Shown here piece after piece: positions 29,827 through 38,969 of a stretch of 64,000 bases of DNA (position 1 is the first letter of the stretch; every line of letters begins with the position of its first letter). Source of the DNA: Blastocatellia bacterium (GTDB lineage Bacteria; Acidobacteriota; Blastocatellia; RBC074); the NCBI GenBank assembly GCA_035560235.1, contig DATMAG010000113.1:13209-77208 (forward strand). Direction: 5' to 3'. The position numbers and the translations under genes are program-made. The notes beneath the pieces are model-generated. The model had not been told where the DNA came from and did not search any database. It was given only the letters and a program-made list of their open reading frames with translations.

Positions 29827-30165
29827 ATGTTCAGACTGCTTCTTCTCTTCCTGAGCGGTGGCGCGACCCTGATGCTGCTCGCGCTGCCTGCGCTGCTGCG
29901 CCTGCTTCCTCCGAATTCGATCTTTGGCGTCTGCGTCGGAGCCGCGCTGAAAAGTCCGGCGCTCTGGTATGAAATCAATCAGGGCGCGGGTCGGCGTATG
30001 TTCAGGGCCGGAGTCGTCACGATTATTTTTGCCCTCGGTCTTTACTGCATTCCCGGCCTCAGCACTGGCGCGTATTACGCGAGTTGCGCCATTGTGATGA
30101 TGGGAATGTTCGTTTCCGGTCTGGTCAAGACTGCCCGCCACCTCAACCATTACAATCACAAATAA
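29827..30165 (+). CDS. small integral membrane protein (SdpI-like, tentative)
   Basis: ATG 29827 gives 112 aa with 3-4 predicted TM helices (MFRLLLLFLSGGATLMLLALPALL.., ..VVTIIFALGLYCIPGL.., ..AIVMMGMFVSGLV). The segment NSIFGVCVGAALKSPALW resembles the SdpI/YhfL motif. Confidence 0.4.
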   Translation: MFRLLLLFLSGGATLMLLALPALLRLLPPNSIFGVCVGAALKSPALWYEINQGAGRRMFRAGVVTIIFALGLYCIPGLSTGAYYASCAIVMMGMFVSGLVKTARHLNHYNHK

Positions 30166-30349
30166 ACGCGACGGACAGCGGGCTGTCAGTGCGCTGTCCA
30201 TTGCTGCATACGCCATAGTCCTGCCTGTCCGGTCTTGACCGTCCCTGCGGCTTCATTGAAGATACTCAGCCGTCACGCGATCTCACCTCTGTAATTTTCA
30301 TGACAACGCACAGCCTCGGCTGTGACCCGGAACTGAAGGAGATGAATCA

Positions 30350-32863
30350 ATGAAGCGCCTGCTGGTTATCGTGTTCCTGCTGCTCATGGTCTGGTCTGTT
30401 TCCGCGCAGGAGAGCAGACAGAGCGGTTCGCTTGAAGCGAAGACTGCGAAGCTCAAAAAGCTCGATGGATACATTCCGCTTTACTGGGATGAGCCGAACG
30501 GGAAGATGTGGATGGAAATCTCGCGCTTCAATACAGAGTTCCTCTATCAGGTGTCGCTGCCTGCCGGGATCGGTTCGAATCCCATCGGGCTTGATCGCGG
30601 GCAACTGGGCGGCACGCACGTGGTTTACTTCGAGCGCGTCGGGCCGAAGGTGCTGCTGATCGAACCGAACTATCGTTACCGCGCGCTCAGCAATGACGAA
30701 GCCGAACGCCGCGCCGTTGCCGATTCGTTTGCGCGCTCGGTGCTGTGGGGCTTCAAGGTTGAAGCCGCCGAGGGTGACCGCGTGCTGGTTGATGCGACGG
30801 CGTTTCTGCTGCGCGATGCGCACGGCGTGGCCGAACGGTTGCGCGGCAGCCGTCAGGGCAGCTTTCGCTTTGATGAATCGCGCAGCACCTTTTACCTGCC
30901 GCGCACGAAAGGTTTCCCGAAAAATACAGAGGTCGAAACCATCATCACGCTGGCCGGTGATGAACCCGGCGGATTGCTGCGCAACGTGACGCCGACACCG
31001 CAGTCAGTGACCGTGCGCGAGCATCATTCATTCGTCGAACTGCCCGATAACAATTACAAGCCGCGCGAATATGACCCGCGCGTCAGCGCGATGCCGCTGA
31101 TGTTTTACGATTACGCCTCGCCGTTCGACACGCCGATTGAAAAGCGCTGGATTCGTCGTCATCGTCTGCAGAAGAAAGACCCGCAGGCCGCCGTCTCAGA
31201 GCCGGTGAAACCGATTGTCTATTACGTTGATAACGGCGTGCCGGAACCGATTCGCAGCGCGCTTCTGGAAGGCGCGTCGTGGTGGAATCAGGCCTTTGAA
31301 GCTGCCGGATTCAGAAATGCCTTTCAGGTCAGAGTGCTGCCGCCCGATGCCGACCCGATGGACATTCGCTACAACATGATCAACTGGGTGCATCGTTCGA
31401 CGCGCGGCTGGTCGTATGGCTCGGCGGTCACTGATCCGCGCACAGGTGAAATCATCAAGGGCAACGTCTCGCTCGGTTCGCTGCGCATTCGTCAGGATGT
31501 GCTGCTCGGCACCGGAATGATTCCGCCCGGAACCGCGATGGGCGACAGGCGCAACCGCATGGAGGAAGAATGCGAGGCCGCGTACTCGCCCGAGGCCGAT
31601 TACCTGACAGTAGCAATCGCAGGCGATCCGGCAACCGATTCAACCGCGATGGCGCTCGCCCGCATTCGTCAGTTGTCGGCGCACGAAGTCGGACACACGC
31701 TCGGTTTCGCGCATAACTTTGCGGCGAGTTCATACGGTCGCGGCTCGGTGATGGATTACCCCGCGCCCTGGGTTGAAATCAGAAACGGAAAGCTCGATCT
31801 CTCGAACGCCTACGCGGTCGGCATCGGTGAATTCGACAAGTTCGCGGTGAAGTTCGCTTACGCTGAATTTGCGCCCGGCGCGAATGAAAAGGCTGAACTC
31901 GAAAAGATCATTCAGCAGGGCCTGAGCGACGGAATGCTTTTCATTGATGACGGAGACGCGCGCGGCGTCGGCACGGCGCATCCGCTGGCGAGCGTGTGGG
32001 ACAATGGTTCGGACGCCATTGCCACGCTGCGGCACGAAATGGAAGTGCGGCGCATCGGGCTGAAGAATTTTGGCCTCGGCAGCATCGCCGCCGGTCAGCC
32101 GATCTCAGCGCTTGAAGCGAAACTGCTGCCGCTTTATCTGCATCATCGCTATCAACTGATCGCCGCCGCAAAATCGCTCGGCGGGCTGTATTTCACTTAC
32201 GCAGTCAAAACCGCAACCGGCCCGAGTCCGGCGAAGTTTCGTGAGATCGTTCCGGCTGAACGTCAGCGCGAAGCGCTCAGAGCAATTCTCGACACGATCA
32301 AAGTCGAAGAACTCGCCATTCCGCAGCACATCCTCAATCTGATCCCGCCGGTTGCAACGGGCTACGAAGGCGGCACGGCGGAGTATTTCAGCCGCCGCAC
32401 CGATCCGGCTTTTGACCCGCTCGCCGCCGCGACAATTGCGGCTGATCTGGCGCTCGACGCGCTGCTTGATCCGAACCGCGCCGCGCGCCTGATTGATTTT
32501 CACGCGCAGCAGCCCGCCACTCCCGATCTGAAGGAAGTGCTTGACGCCATCATCACCGCGACGTGGAAAGCGCCCGCGCCGCAGAACGCTTATCACAAAG
32601 CCATTCAGCAGTCGGTGCAGAGCCTGACCGTCAGAAGACTGATGGATCTGGCGAGCAATGAAAATGCCTCGCCGCTCGTGCGCGCCGAAGCTTCAGCCGC
32701 GCTGCGCAATCTGAACGGGACGCTCAAAACAACTGCCGGAACCGACGCGCATCGTCGCGCCACGCAGGAAGAGATCGAACGCTTCCTGAATCGTCCCGAC
32801 GCCGTCAGACAACCGGCCCGCCCGCTGCCGACGCCGCCGGGCGATCCGATTGGCGGGAAGTAG
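30350..32863 (+). CDS. secreted zinc-dependent metalloprotease (DUF5117/DUF4953-type)
   Basis: 837 aa with a signal peptide. The HExxH site sits in [17 protein letters not shown] and is followed by GSVMDYP. The N-terminal region [21 protein letters not shown] is typical of this family. Confidence 0.8.
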   Translation: MKRLLVIVFLLLMVWSVSAQESRQSGSLEAKTAKLKKLDGYIPLYWDEPNGKMWMEISRFNTEFLYQVSLPAGIGSNPIGLDRGQLGGTHVVYFERVGPKVLLIEPNYRYRALSNDEAERRAVADSFARSVLWGFKVEAAEGDRVLVDATAFLLRDAHGVAERLRGSRQGSFRFDESRSTFYLPRTKGFPKNTEVETIITLAGDEPGGLLRNVTPTPQSVTVREHHSFVELPDNNYKPREYDPRVSAMPLMFYDYASPFDTPIEKRWIRRHRLQKKDPQAAVSEPVKPIVYYVDNGVPEPIRSALLEGASWWNQAFEAAGFRNAFQVRVLPPDADPMDIRYNMINWVHRSTRGWSYGSAVTDPRTGEIIKGNVSLGSLRIRQDVLLGTGMIPPGTAMGDRRNRMEEECEAAYSPEADYLTVAIAGDPATDSTAMALARIRQLSAHEVGHTLGFAHNFAASSYGRGSVMDYPAPWVEIRNGKLDLSNAYAVGIGEFDKFAVKFAYAEFAPGANEKAELEKIIQQGLSDGMLFIDDGDARGVGTAHPLASVWDNGSDAIATLRHEMEVRRIGLKNFGLGSIAAGQPISALEAKLLPLYLHHRYQLIAAAKSLGGLYFTYAVKTATGPSPAKFREIVPAERQREALRAILDTIKVEELAIPQHILNLIPPVATGYEGGTAEYFSRRTDPAFDPLAAATIAADLALDALLDPNRAARLIDFHAQQPATPDLKEVLDAIITATWKAPAPQNAYHKAIQQSVQSLTVRRLMDLASNENASPLVRAEASAALRNLNGTLKTTAGTDAHRRATQEEIERFLNRPDAVRQPARPLPTPPGDPIGGK

Positions 32864-32968
32864 TGATAAGATTGCTTCCGGACAGTCAGCCGTTGGAAAC
32901 AGGGTTGTCAGAGATGGACGATTTACGAATTGTCCCTGTGGCGTGATCCGTTATTGAGGAGAATGGCG

Positions 32969-33205
32969 ATGGAGACCAGAACAATTGATGTACACGAGAA
33001 CCAGATCAACTTTGCAGAACTGCTCTCGCTGGTGACATCCGGTACTGAGGTCGTATTTACTGAAGGTGATACTCCGCTCGCGCGTCTCATCCCGGTTGAG
33101 AGAAAGGAGAAGTCGCGTATTGCCGGGCTTCACGCTGGTGCGATTCAAACCACAGCAGATTTCGACGAGCCGTTGCCTGAAGACTTCTGGGCAGGAACGC
33201 AATGA
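32969..33205 (+). CDS. Phd/YefM-type antitoxin
   Basis: METRTIDVHENQINFAELLSLVTSGTEVVFTEGDTPLARLIPV... has a C-terminal ..ADFDEPLPEDFW tail. GAGGAG lies 7 nt upstream of ATG 32969 (alternative ATG at 32963). The stop overlaps the next start (ATGA at 33202-33205). Confidence 0.7.
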   Translation: METRTIDVHENQINFAELLSLVTSGTEVVFTEGDTPLARLIPVERKEKSRIAGLHAGAIQTTADFDEPLPEDFWAGTQ

Positions 33206-33587
33206 AAATACTTCTCGATACACACACCTTTATCTGGTGGGACAGTGCGCCTCACAAACTGTCGCCCGGGCGCTGGCGGCTTGTCAGAATCAGGCAAATA
33301 CTCTGTTTCTCAGTGTCGTAAGTGTCTGGGAAATGCAGATCAAACTGCAACTGGGAAGACTGCAGCTTCGGCTGCCTCTGGCCGGGATCATCAAAAATCA
33401 GCAGATGCAGAATGGGATTCAGATTCTCCTGGTCAGGCTTACTCACGTGCTGGCATTGCAGACTCTGCCTCTTTATCACAGTGATCCGTTTGATCGCCTG
33501 CTGATTGCGCAGGCAATAGTCGGAAAGGCAAAACTGGTCAGTGCCGATACTGCTTTCCCGCAGTACCCGGTTAGCCTGATCTGGTAA
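33202..33587 (+). pseudogene. vapC: PIN-domain VapC toxin, interrupted by a frameshift near 33265-33270
   Basis: Frame A from ATG 33202 gives MKILLDTHTFIWWDSAPHKLSPG.. and then hits a stop at about 33316. Frame B carries the rest of a typical PIN protein (..ALAACQNQANTLFLSVVSVWEMQIKLQLGRL...LPLYHSDPFDRLLIAQAIVGKAKLVSADTAFPQYPV). The two frames join at the CCCGGG run. Confidence 0.65.
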
Positions 33588-33771
33588 TTTATGCTCACCT
33601 TGCCGCCAGTCATCTGACGGTCATCTGCTGAAGTTCATCAGAGACGCCGAAGCGTGGAAGGCCGCAGGCCTGAGCATCAGGGCTTGCGGGAAGTTCCCGT
33701 TCGTGACAGAGTGGCGCTCCTGATCTGCCACTCATTTCAAACATCACCATCATCAGAGAGGAAGGGAAACG

Positions 33772-34068
33772 ATGCTTGTTCACACAGTCTTTTTCTGGCT
33801 CGACCCGAAACTGAAGCCCGAACAGGTTGCGGAATTTGAAGAGCGGCTGAACCGGCTGCCGACGATCAGCGCAGTGAAATACGGCTTCACCGGTCGGCCC
33901 TCGTCCACCAGTCGCCCGATCATTGACCGGACTTATTCATACGGCCTGACGCTCGTGTTTGAAAACCTGGCGAAACACGACGAGTATCAGGTTGATCCGC
34001 TGCATCAGGAGTTCGTCGAAAAATGCAGTTCAATGTGGCTCAAGGTGACGATCTACGATTTTGAATAA
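33772..34068 (+). CDS. Dabb-family (stress-responsive dimeric alpha/beta barrel) protein
   Basis: 98 aa. The sequence MLVHTVFFWLDPKLKPEQVAEFEERLNRL......LTLVFENLAKHDEYQVDPLHQEFVEKC fits the Dabb pattern. Confidence 0.8.
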   Translation: MLVHTVFFWLDPKLKPEQVAEFEERLNRLPTISAVKYGFTGRPSSTSRPIIDRTYSYGLTLVFENLAKHDEYQVDPLHQEFVEKCSSMWLKVTIYDFE

Positions 34069-34095
34069 GGGGCGAAAAGGCAGCGCCTGAAAAAG

Positions 34096-34130
34096 AAGGA
34101 GCGGCTCTCGCGGGCCGCTCCTTCGATTTT
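34096..34130. terminator. hairpin terminator between convergent genes
   Basis: AAGGAGCGGC (34096-34105) pairs with GCCGCTCCTT (34114-34123). The loop is 8 nt and the stem is followed by CGATTTTG. Confidence 0.5.
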
Positions 34131-34149
34131 GACGATCATCTGCGTCAGG

Positions 34150-37100
34150 CTAAAACTCCACACGCATGCCGAACTGAATCCAGCGGCTGCCGACAGTACG
34201 GCTCGGGGGAGTGAACTGTGAGGTAATCACGCCGAACGCTCGCGGGTTGGTCAGATCGAGTGAGGGGTTGGCGAAGTCCACCTTGTTGAAGATATTGAAG
34301 AAGTCAAAGGCGAAGGTTACGTTTACGCCATTTTCTCCTCCGATATTGGTCTTCTTGCCCAGGGACATGTCCAGATTCCAGCGCGGCAGGCCACGCAACG
34401 GATTGGCGCGCCCGGCGCGTCCGTCAGTGCTGACGTTGACGCGGCGGAAGCTGTTGTAAACCTGCTCGGGATTCTTGAACAGGTTCAGTTCCGAGCCGCG
34501 ATTTGAAGCTGCGCCATTGACTCCGATGTTGTTTGAGCCGCTGACCCCTTTCTCGACGCTGTTGCCGAATGAGCCTGGATCAGTTGTCGGAATCGCGCCG
34601 GACGTGAAGCCCAGGAAGAGCGACCCGCCCCAGACCCCCGCACCCTGATTGACGGTCAGGGGATCACCGCTCTGTGCGGTGAAGATCCCGGACGTGTACC
34701 ATCCGCCAAACAGCTTGTTCAGGAAACCGTTCGAGAGATTGAATCGCCTGCCCCTGCCGAACGGCAGTTCGTAATAGCCGGTGACGTTGAGCAGATGATT
34801 GATGTCGAACGGCGAAGGGCCGTACTCAGCGTCGAGATCGAAGTTATTGGCCATCACGCTGGCCGCGTTCTGAATTGCACCGAGCTGATCGAGCGAACGC
34901 GAGAAGGTGTAATTCACAGTGTAGAGCGAGCCTTGCGAGAAGCGTTTCTGCAGGGTCACAAAGGCTGCGTTGTAATTTGAGCGGCCTGTGCTGGAACGCA
35001 AAAAGAGCGTCTGCGCCAGATAGTTGTTGAAAGGAGCCAGGCCGCCCCGCAGCCTTTGCTGGTCTATCGTCAGGAAAATATTGTTGAGGTTCCCATTGAT
35101 GATATTGGTTGACTGCGCCGCGGCCAGACCTGCCGTGCAGGCATTCGCCGCTGTGCCCGAGCAAATCGGAGTCCCGCGCAACTGATTTTCAAACCAGGGC
35201 TGGGCAGTAACATTCGCGGCTGCCGTGCCGCCGCGAATCTGTCTGGCAAGCGCATCGAAGGCCTGGGCGAAAGTTGTGTTCGAGGCCGTGTCGAGGAAGT
35301 TGTACGGAACCTGACCAAAGCTCATGCTCTGCGGCAGTTTGTCCGCGTAACGTCCGACATAACCAACTTCGAGCAGCATGTTGTGTGGCAGTTCGCGCTG
35401 CCAGGTCAGATCAATCGAGTGGTTTTCGCCGACCTGGATCTTCGGGTCAACCTGGAAGGACAAGACTTCAGGGAAGAGAACCAGGTCACGTGCGGCATAG
35501 GGTGGCCCCGCGGCGCCAGGGCGAATGCCCCAGAAGGGAGAGACCGGAATGGACTGCTGCGGCACGACCGGCAGCGGAATCGTTCCGTCAACCCCGACAC
35601 GAAAGCCGTTGACGACGACATTGCTGCTGCTGCTGTTGCAGCCTGCGCCGCCCGTGCCCGTCGCGTTGCAGAGCGGGCCGGTGACATTGATCGTCTGACC
35701 GAAAGCCACCCCCAGCGTCGGAATGATGACGCTCTGCACAGTGTTCTGCCGGTCGAAGACCAGACTGTAACCGCCACGAATGACCGTCTTGCGCTCGCCG
35801 AAAAGTCTGTTCAGCAGCTTGTTGCCGGAACCCGGTGTCCACGCGACTGCCACGCGCGGGCCGATGTTGTTCCAGTCAATGTCGAAGACATCACGCTTCG
35901 CCTCGTTCACCGGCAGAAAGGCAATCTTCGGGTTGAAGATTCGGCCCTGAGCCGCAGCCTCTTTTCTTTGTCTCAGGTATTCACGTGCGGTCTGCACCTG
36001 AAGCGTCGTGCCATCAACCTGTACGGTCTGACGACCGAGTTTTTCCTTCGGCGGCGTCTGCCAGCCGTAATTGAGTCCGTAAGTCAGCGTCAGTGACGGG
36101 CGGAAGCGCCAGACATCCTGAAAGTAAAATTCGGGCGCCCACAGTTTCGTATCAGCCACCAGCACTTCGCCAAAGGGCAGGGGCTTGAAACTGGCATCGC
36201 GGACAGCCAGCACGCTGATGTTGTCAATCAGACCCAGCGTCGAAGCGAAGAGTCGGTTCCACTGTTGTACGTCACCAGAGGCCAGGCAGTTGGTTGTAAC
36301 TCCACCGCCGCAGGTGCGCGGACGATTCGCGTTGGAAATCGTCACCCCGCCGCCGAGGTCTGAATCAATCTGTGCGACCAGCGCGCCCAGGCTGCCGACC
36401 ACTTTGTCATCGCGCGTATGGCCGGTTGGCAGATAACGGATGTGAGAGCCGAACGTCATGGTGTGACTGCTCTTCGTCCAGGTCAGATCGGCGTTGTACT
36501 GGAAGATTCTGTTATCGCTGGTCTGCACGCGGGCCACCTGAGTGCCGACATCAATCGGCTCACTGAGCAGGCTCTGCGTGCCGCCAATCGCTCCGAGATC
36601 AAGCGCAATCGGGCCAGCCGATGTATTGGTGCCTGGAATGGCGAGTTTGGCGGCTGAAGTATTTGGCCGCTGGCGATCTGTCGCAGTGCGATTTCTGACC
36701 CAGCCAAAACGGAACTCGGCAATCAGACTGCTCGTCAGACTGCCGGTGACGCCGGTGCTGACCATGTTCTGGCGCAGTGGAAACTTCTCCAGACTCTGAG
36801 CATTGCCGCCCTCGATTGAAAGGAGCGTGGAGCCGTTGTTGATTTCGCCGAAGTAACGAAAGGCGGCATCGTAGCGCCATTTTTCAGTGATGTTGTAATC
36901 CACGCGGGCATTGTAATAGTTGTTGGTCAGCGGATTGCCCACGTTGCCGCGATAACCGATGGTGTTAAGTCCGTCGCCTGAACTCGGATCATTGCCTGCC
37001 GGGAGCTTTGACCACAGGGCAGAAATCGAAGGACTGAGGCCAAGTCCGCGCGGATCGCAGGGCTGATCTCCGGCTGGCCCGCACAAGGTGGAGGTTGCCA

Positions 37101-38145
37101 GCGGGTAGGAAACAATGTTGCCTGCCGCGTCACGGAAACGCAGAATGCCCTGCCTCAGCGTGTCAGTCGGCACCAGTCGCGTGAACTCGGTGTTGCGGGG
37201 GAAGCGACGGCCTTCGTAGTTGAGGAAGAAGAAGGCCCTGTCTTTCCACGGATAGATCGGACCGCCGAACCGGAAACCGAAACGGTTATCCTTGAGTTCC
37301 GGTTCCTGAAGCTTGTGCCGCCTGACCGGATCAGTCACGGTCTGCGCAACGGTGCGCTTGTTGGTCCACGTCGCGGCATTGAGCGCATCATTCTGGTGAT
37401 ACCAGTATGTCGCGCCGTGAAATTTGCTTTCGCCGCGGCGACTGAGGACGGAAACCTGTCCGCCTGCGCCGCGCCCGAATGAAGCATTCGGATTGGAGAC
37501 ACCAGCGCGGAACTCCTCGACCCCGTCAATTGGCAACTGCATGAAGGTTCCGGTTCCGCCGACCGAATTATTCGTCACATCAATGCCATCCAGCAGGAAG
37601 GTACTCTGATCGGCGCGTGAACCGGCCACTTCACCGGTTGGCGTCGAGGTCGGCTGATAACGAATCAGTTCATTGGCCTGCCGTGTCAGGGCCGGGAGCA
37701 ATGGCATAACCCGGCCTGGAATCACATTGCCGACTGTCGAATTCGTCGTTTGCAGTTCAGCCACTGCGCCGGCTGTGATCTCGACGACCTGCTGCACTTC
37801 GCCGACTTCCAGCGTCACATTGAAAGTGTAGGATTTGGAGACGTCGATTTTGACGGCAGAGACACTGGCTTTGCGAAATCCTTTGGCGGTGACTGTGATG
37901 TTGTATTCACCGGGCAGCACGGTCGGGAAGTTGTACTGACCGGATTCATTGGTGACCTGCCTGGTGGTCTGACCGGTGGCAGTATTGAGCAGTTCAACTT
38001 CTGCACCGGGCATTGCCGCGCCGGTATTGTCAGTCACGGTTCCCACGATGACACTGGTGGTCGCCGTCTGAGCGAATGCCTGGTTCGCGGTCAGTAATTG
38101 CAGAACTGCAAACATCAGCAGCAGGACAGGGAAACGGAAACGCAT
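34150..38145 (-). CDS. TonB-dependent receptor with CarboxypepD_reg-like N-domain
   Basis: 1331 aa with a signal peptide. The N-domain SVIVGTVTDNTGAAMPGAEVELLNTATGQTTRQVTNESGQYNFPTVLPGEYNITVTAKGF is typical. The body is long and beta-rich, and the protein ends in a C-terminal aromatic residue (..GMRVEF). Confidence 0.85.
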   Translation of the reverse strand: MRFRFPVLLLMFAVLQLLTANQAFAQTATTSVIVGTVTDNTGAAMPGAEVELLNTATGQTTRQVTNESGQYNFPTVLPGEYNITVTAKGFRKASVSAVKIDVSKSYTFNVTLEVGEVQQVVEITAGAVAELQTTNSTVGNVIPGRVMPLLPALTRQANELIRYQPTSTPTGEVAGSRADQSTFLLDGIDVTNNSVGGTGTFMQLPIDGVEEFRAGVSNPNASFGRGAGGQVSVLSRRGESKFHGATYWYHQNDALNAATWTNKRTVAQTVTDPVRRHKLQEPELKDNRFGFRFGGPIYPWKDRAFFFLNYEGRRFPRNTEFTRLVPTDTLRQGILRFRDAAGNIVSYPLATSTLCGPAGDQPCDPRGLGLSPSISALWSKLPAGNDPSSGDGLNTIGYRGNVGNPLTNNYYNARVDYNITEKWRYDAAFRYFGEINNGSTLLSIEGGNAQSLEKFPLRQNMVSTGVTGSLTSSLIAEFRFGWVRNRTATDRQRPNTSAAKLAIPGTNTSAGPIALDLGAIGGTQSLLSEPIDVGTQVARVQTSDNRIFQYNADLTWTKSSHTMTFGSHIRYLPTGHTRDDKVVGSLGALVAQIDSDLGGGVTISNANRPRTCGGGVTTNCLASGDVQQWNRLFASTLGLIDNISVLAVRDASFKPLPFGEVLVADTKLWAPEFYFQDVWRFRPSLTLTYGLNYGWQTPPKEKLGRQTVQVDGTTLQVQTAREYLRQRKEAAAQGRIFNPKIAFLPVNEAKRDVFDIDWNNIGPRVAVAWTPGSGNKLLNRLFGERKTVIRGGYSLVFDRQNTVQSVIIPTLGVAFGQTINVTGPLCNATGTGGAGCNSSSSNVVVNGFRVGVDGTIPLPVVPQQSIPVSPFWGIRPGAAGPPYAARDLVLFPEVLSFQVDPKIQVGENHSIDLTWQRELPHNMLLEVGYVGRYADKLPQSMSFGQVPYNFLDTASNTTFAQAFDALARQIRGGTAAANVTAQPWFENQLRGTPICSGTAANACTAGLAAAQSTNIINGNLNNIFLTIDQQRLRGGLAPFNNYLAQTLFLRSSTGRSNYNAAFVTLQKRFSQGSLYTVNYTFSRSLDQLGAIQNAASVMANNFDLDAEYGPSPFDINHLLNVTGYYELPFGRGRRFNLSNGFLNKLFGGWYTSGIFTAQSGDPLTVNQGAGVWGGSLFLGFTSGAIPTTDPGSFGNSVEKGVSGSNNIGVNGAASNRGSELNLFKNPEQVYNSFRRVNVSTDGRAGRANPLRGLPRWNLDMSLGKKTNIGGENGVNVTFAFDFFNIFNKVDFANPSLDLTNPRAFGVITSQFTPPSRTVGSRWIQFGMRVEF

Positions 38146-38432
38146 GGGGGCCTCCTTTACAGTATTGAATGAGCAGGTTAAGCAATCAGAGCGACAATGC
38201 GTTACGCCGGTGATGACCGGGTCAGGAAAATAAGACCAGTTTCAGCAAAGCCTGTCTCACTTGCTGTCAGGCGACGGTGACAGGTGATGAATTACTTTAT
38301 GAATTAATCTGCTTGAGGAAGGTATTACTTCAGCCCGTCAGAACGCCGCAATGGTATAACAATCACTGGAAAAGCATCAAGCCTGATTGAGAAGTCGGAG
38401 GAAGCAGGACAAAAAAATGGATCGGGTCTGAT

Positions 38433-38963
38433 TCAGCGCTCCTCGCGGATGATGGCGTAAATCAGCTCATCGAACGTCTGCCCGTCCCTGGTGACGGCTT
38501 TGCGGTGGCGGGCTTCGAACTGGTATCCGGCCTTTTCCAGCACGCGCATGGAAGCGGAGTTGTATTCAAAGACTCCGGCGTAAATGCGGCACAGATCGTA
38601 AGTGGCAAAGGCGTACTCGGTCACCAGGCGCACGGCTTCGGTGACGATGCCGCGCCCGTGATACTGCTCGCCGAGCCAGTAGCCGATTTCAGCCGAGCGG
38701 CGATAGATGTCGTCCTTCAGAATCAGGCCGATGCCGCCGACGGCCTGACCGTCAACGACTATGGCCAGCGAGAGGTTCGCTTTCTGCTGACTGGCGTGCT
38801 GAATCCACCAGCGGGCATCTTCCATTGTGTACGGCCAGGGGAAACCGTCGCGCAGGTTGCGCGAAATGTTGCGGTTGTTGGCGTGGCGAACGAGCGACTC
38901 CTCGTCGCCCGGCATCCAGCGGCGGAGGGTGAAAATGCTGCCTTTGAGTTCGATCACGGGCAA
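38433..38963 (-). CDS. GNAT-family N-acetyltransferase (RimJ/RimL-like)
   Basis: 176 aa. The start matches ..LRRWMPGDEESLVRHANN. The acetyl-CoA motif is YHGRGIVTEA. The tail ..NSASMRVLEKAGYQFEA.. is characteristic. Confidence 0.8.
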   Translation of the reverse strand: MPVIELKGSIFTLRRWMPGDEESLVRHANNRNISRNLRDGFPWPYTMEDARWWIQHASQQKANLSLAIVVDGQAVGGIGLILKDDIYRRSAEIGYWLGEQYHGRGIVTEAVRLVTEYAFATYDLCRIYAGVFEYNSASMRVLEKAGYQFEARHRKAVTRDGQTFDELIYAIIREER

Positions 38964-38969
38964 TGCTTT

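Noticed and set aside
33066-33587. 173-aa ORF from the track that could be read as an intact gene.
   Set aside because: Its first about 45 codons overlap the antitoxin gene out of frame and look non-coding. The PIN N-terminus, with the catalytic Asp, is in a different frame starting at 33202. It is better explained as a frameshifted vapC.
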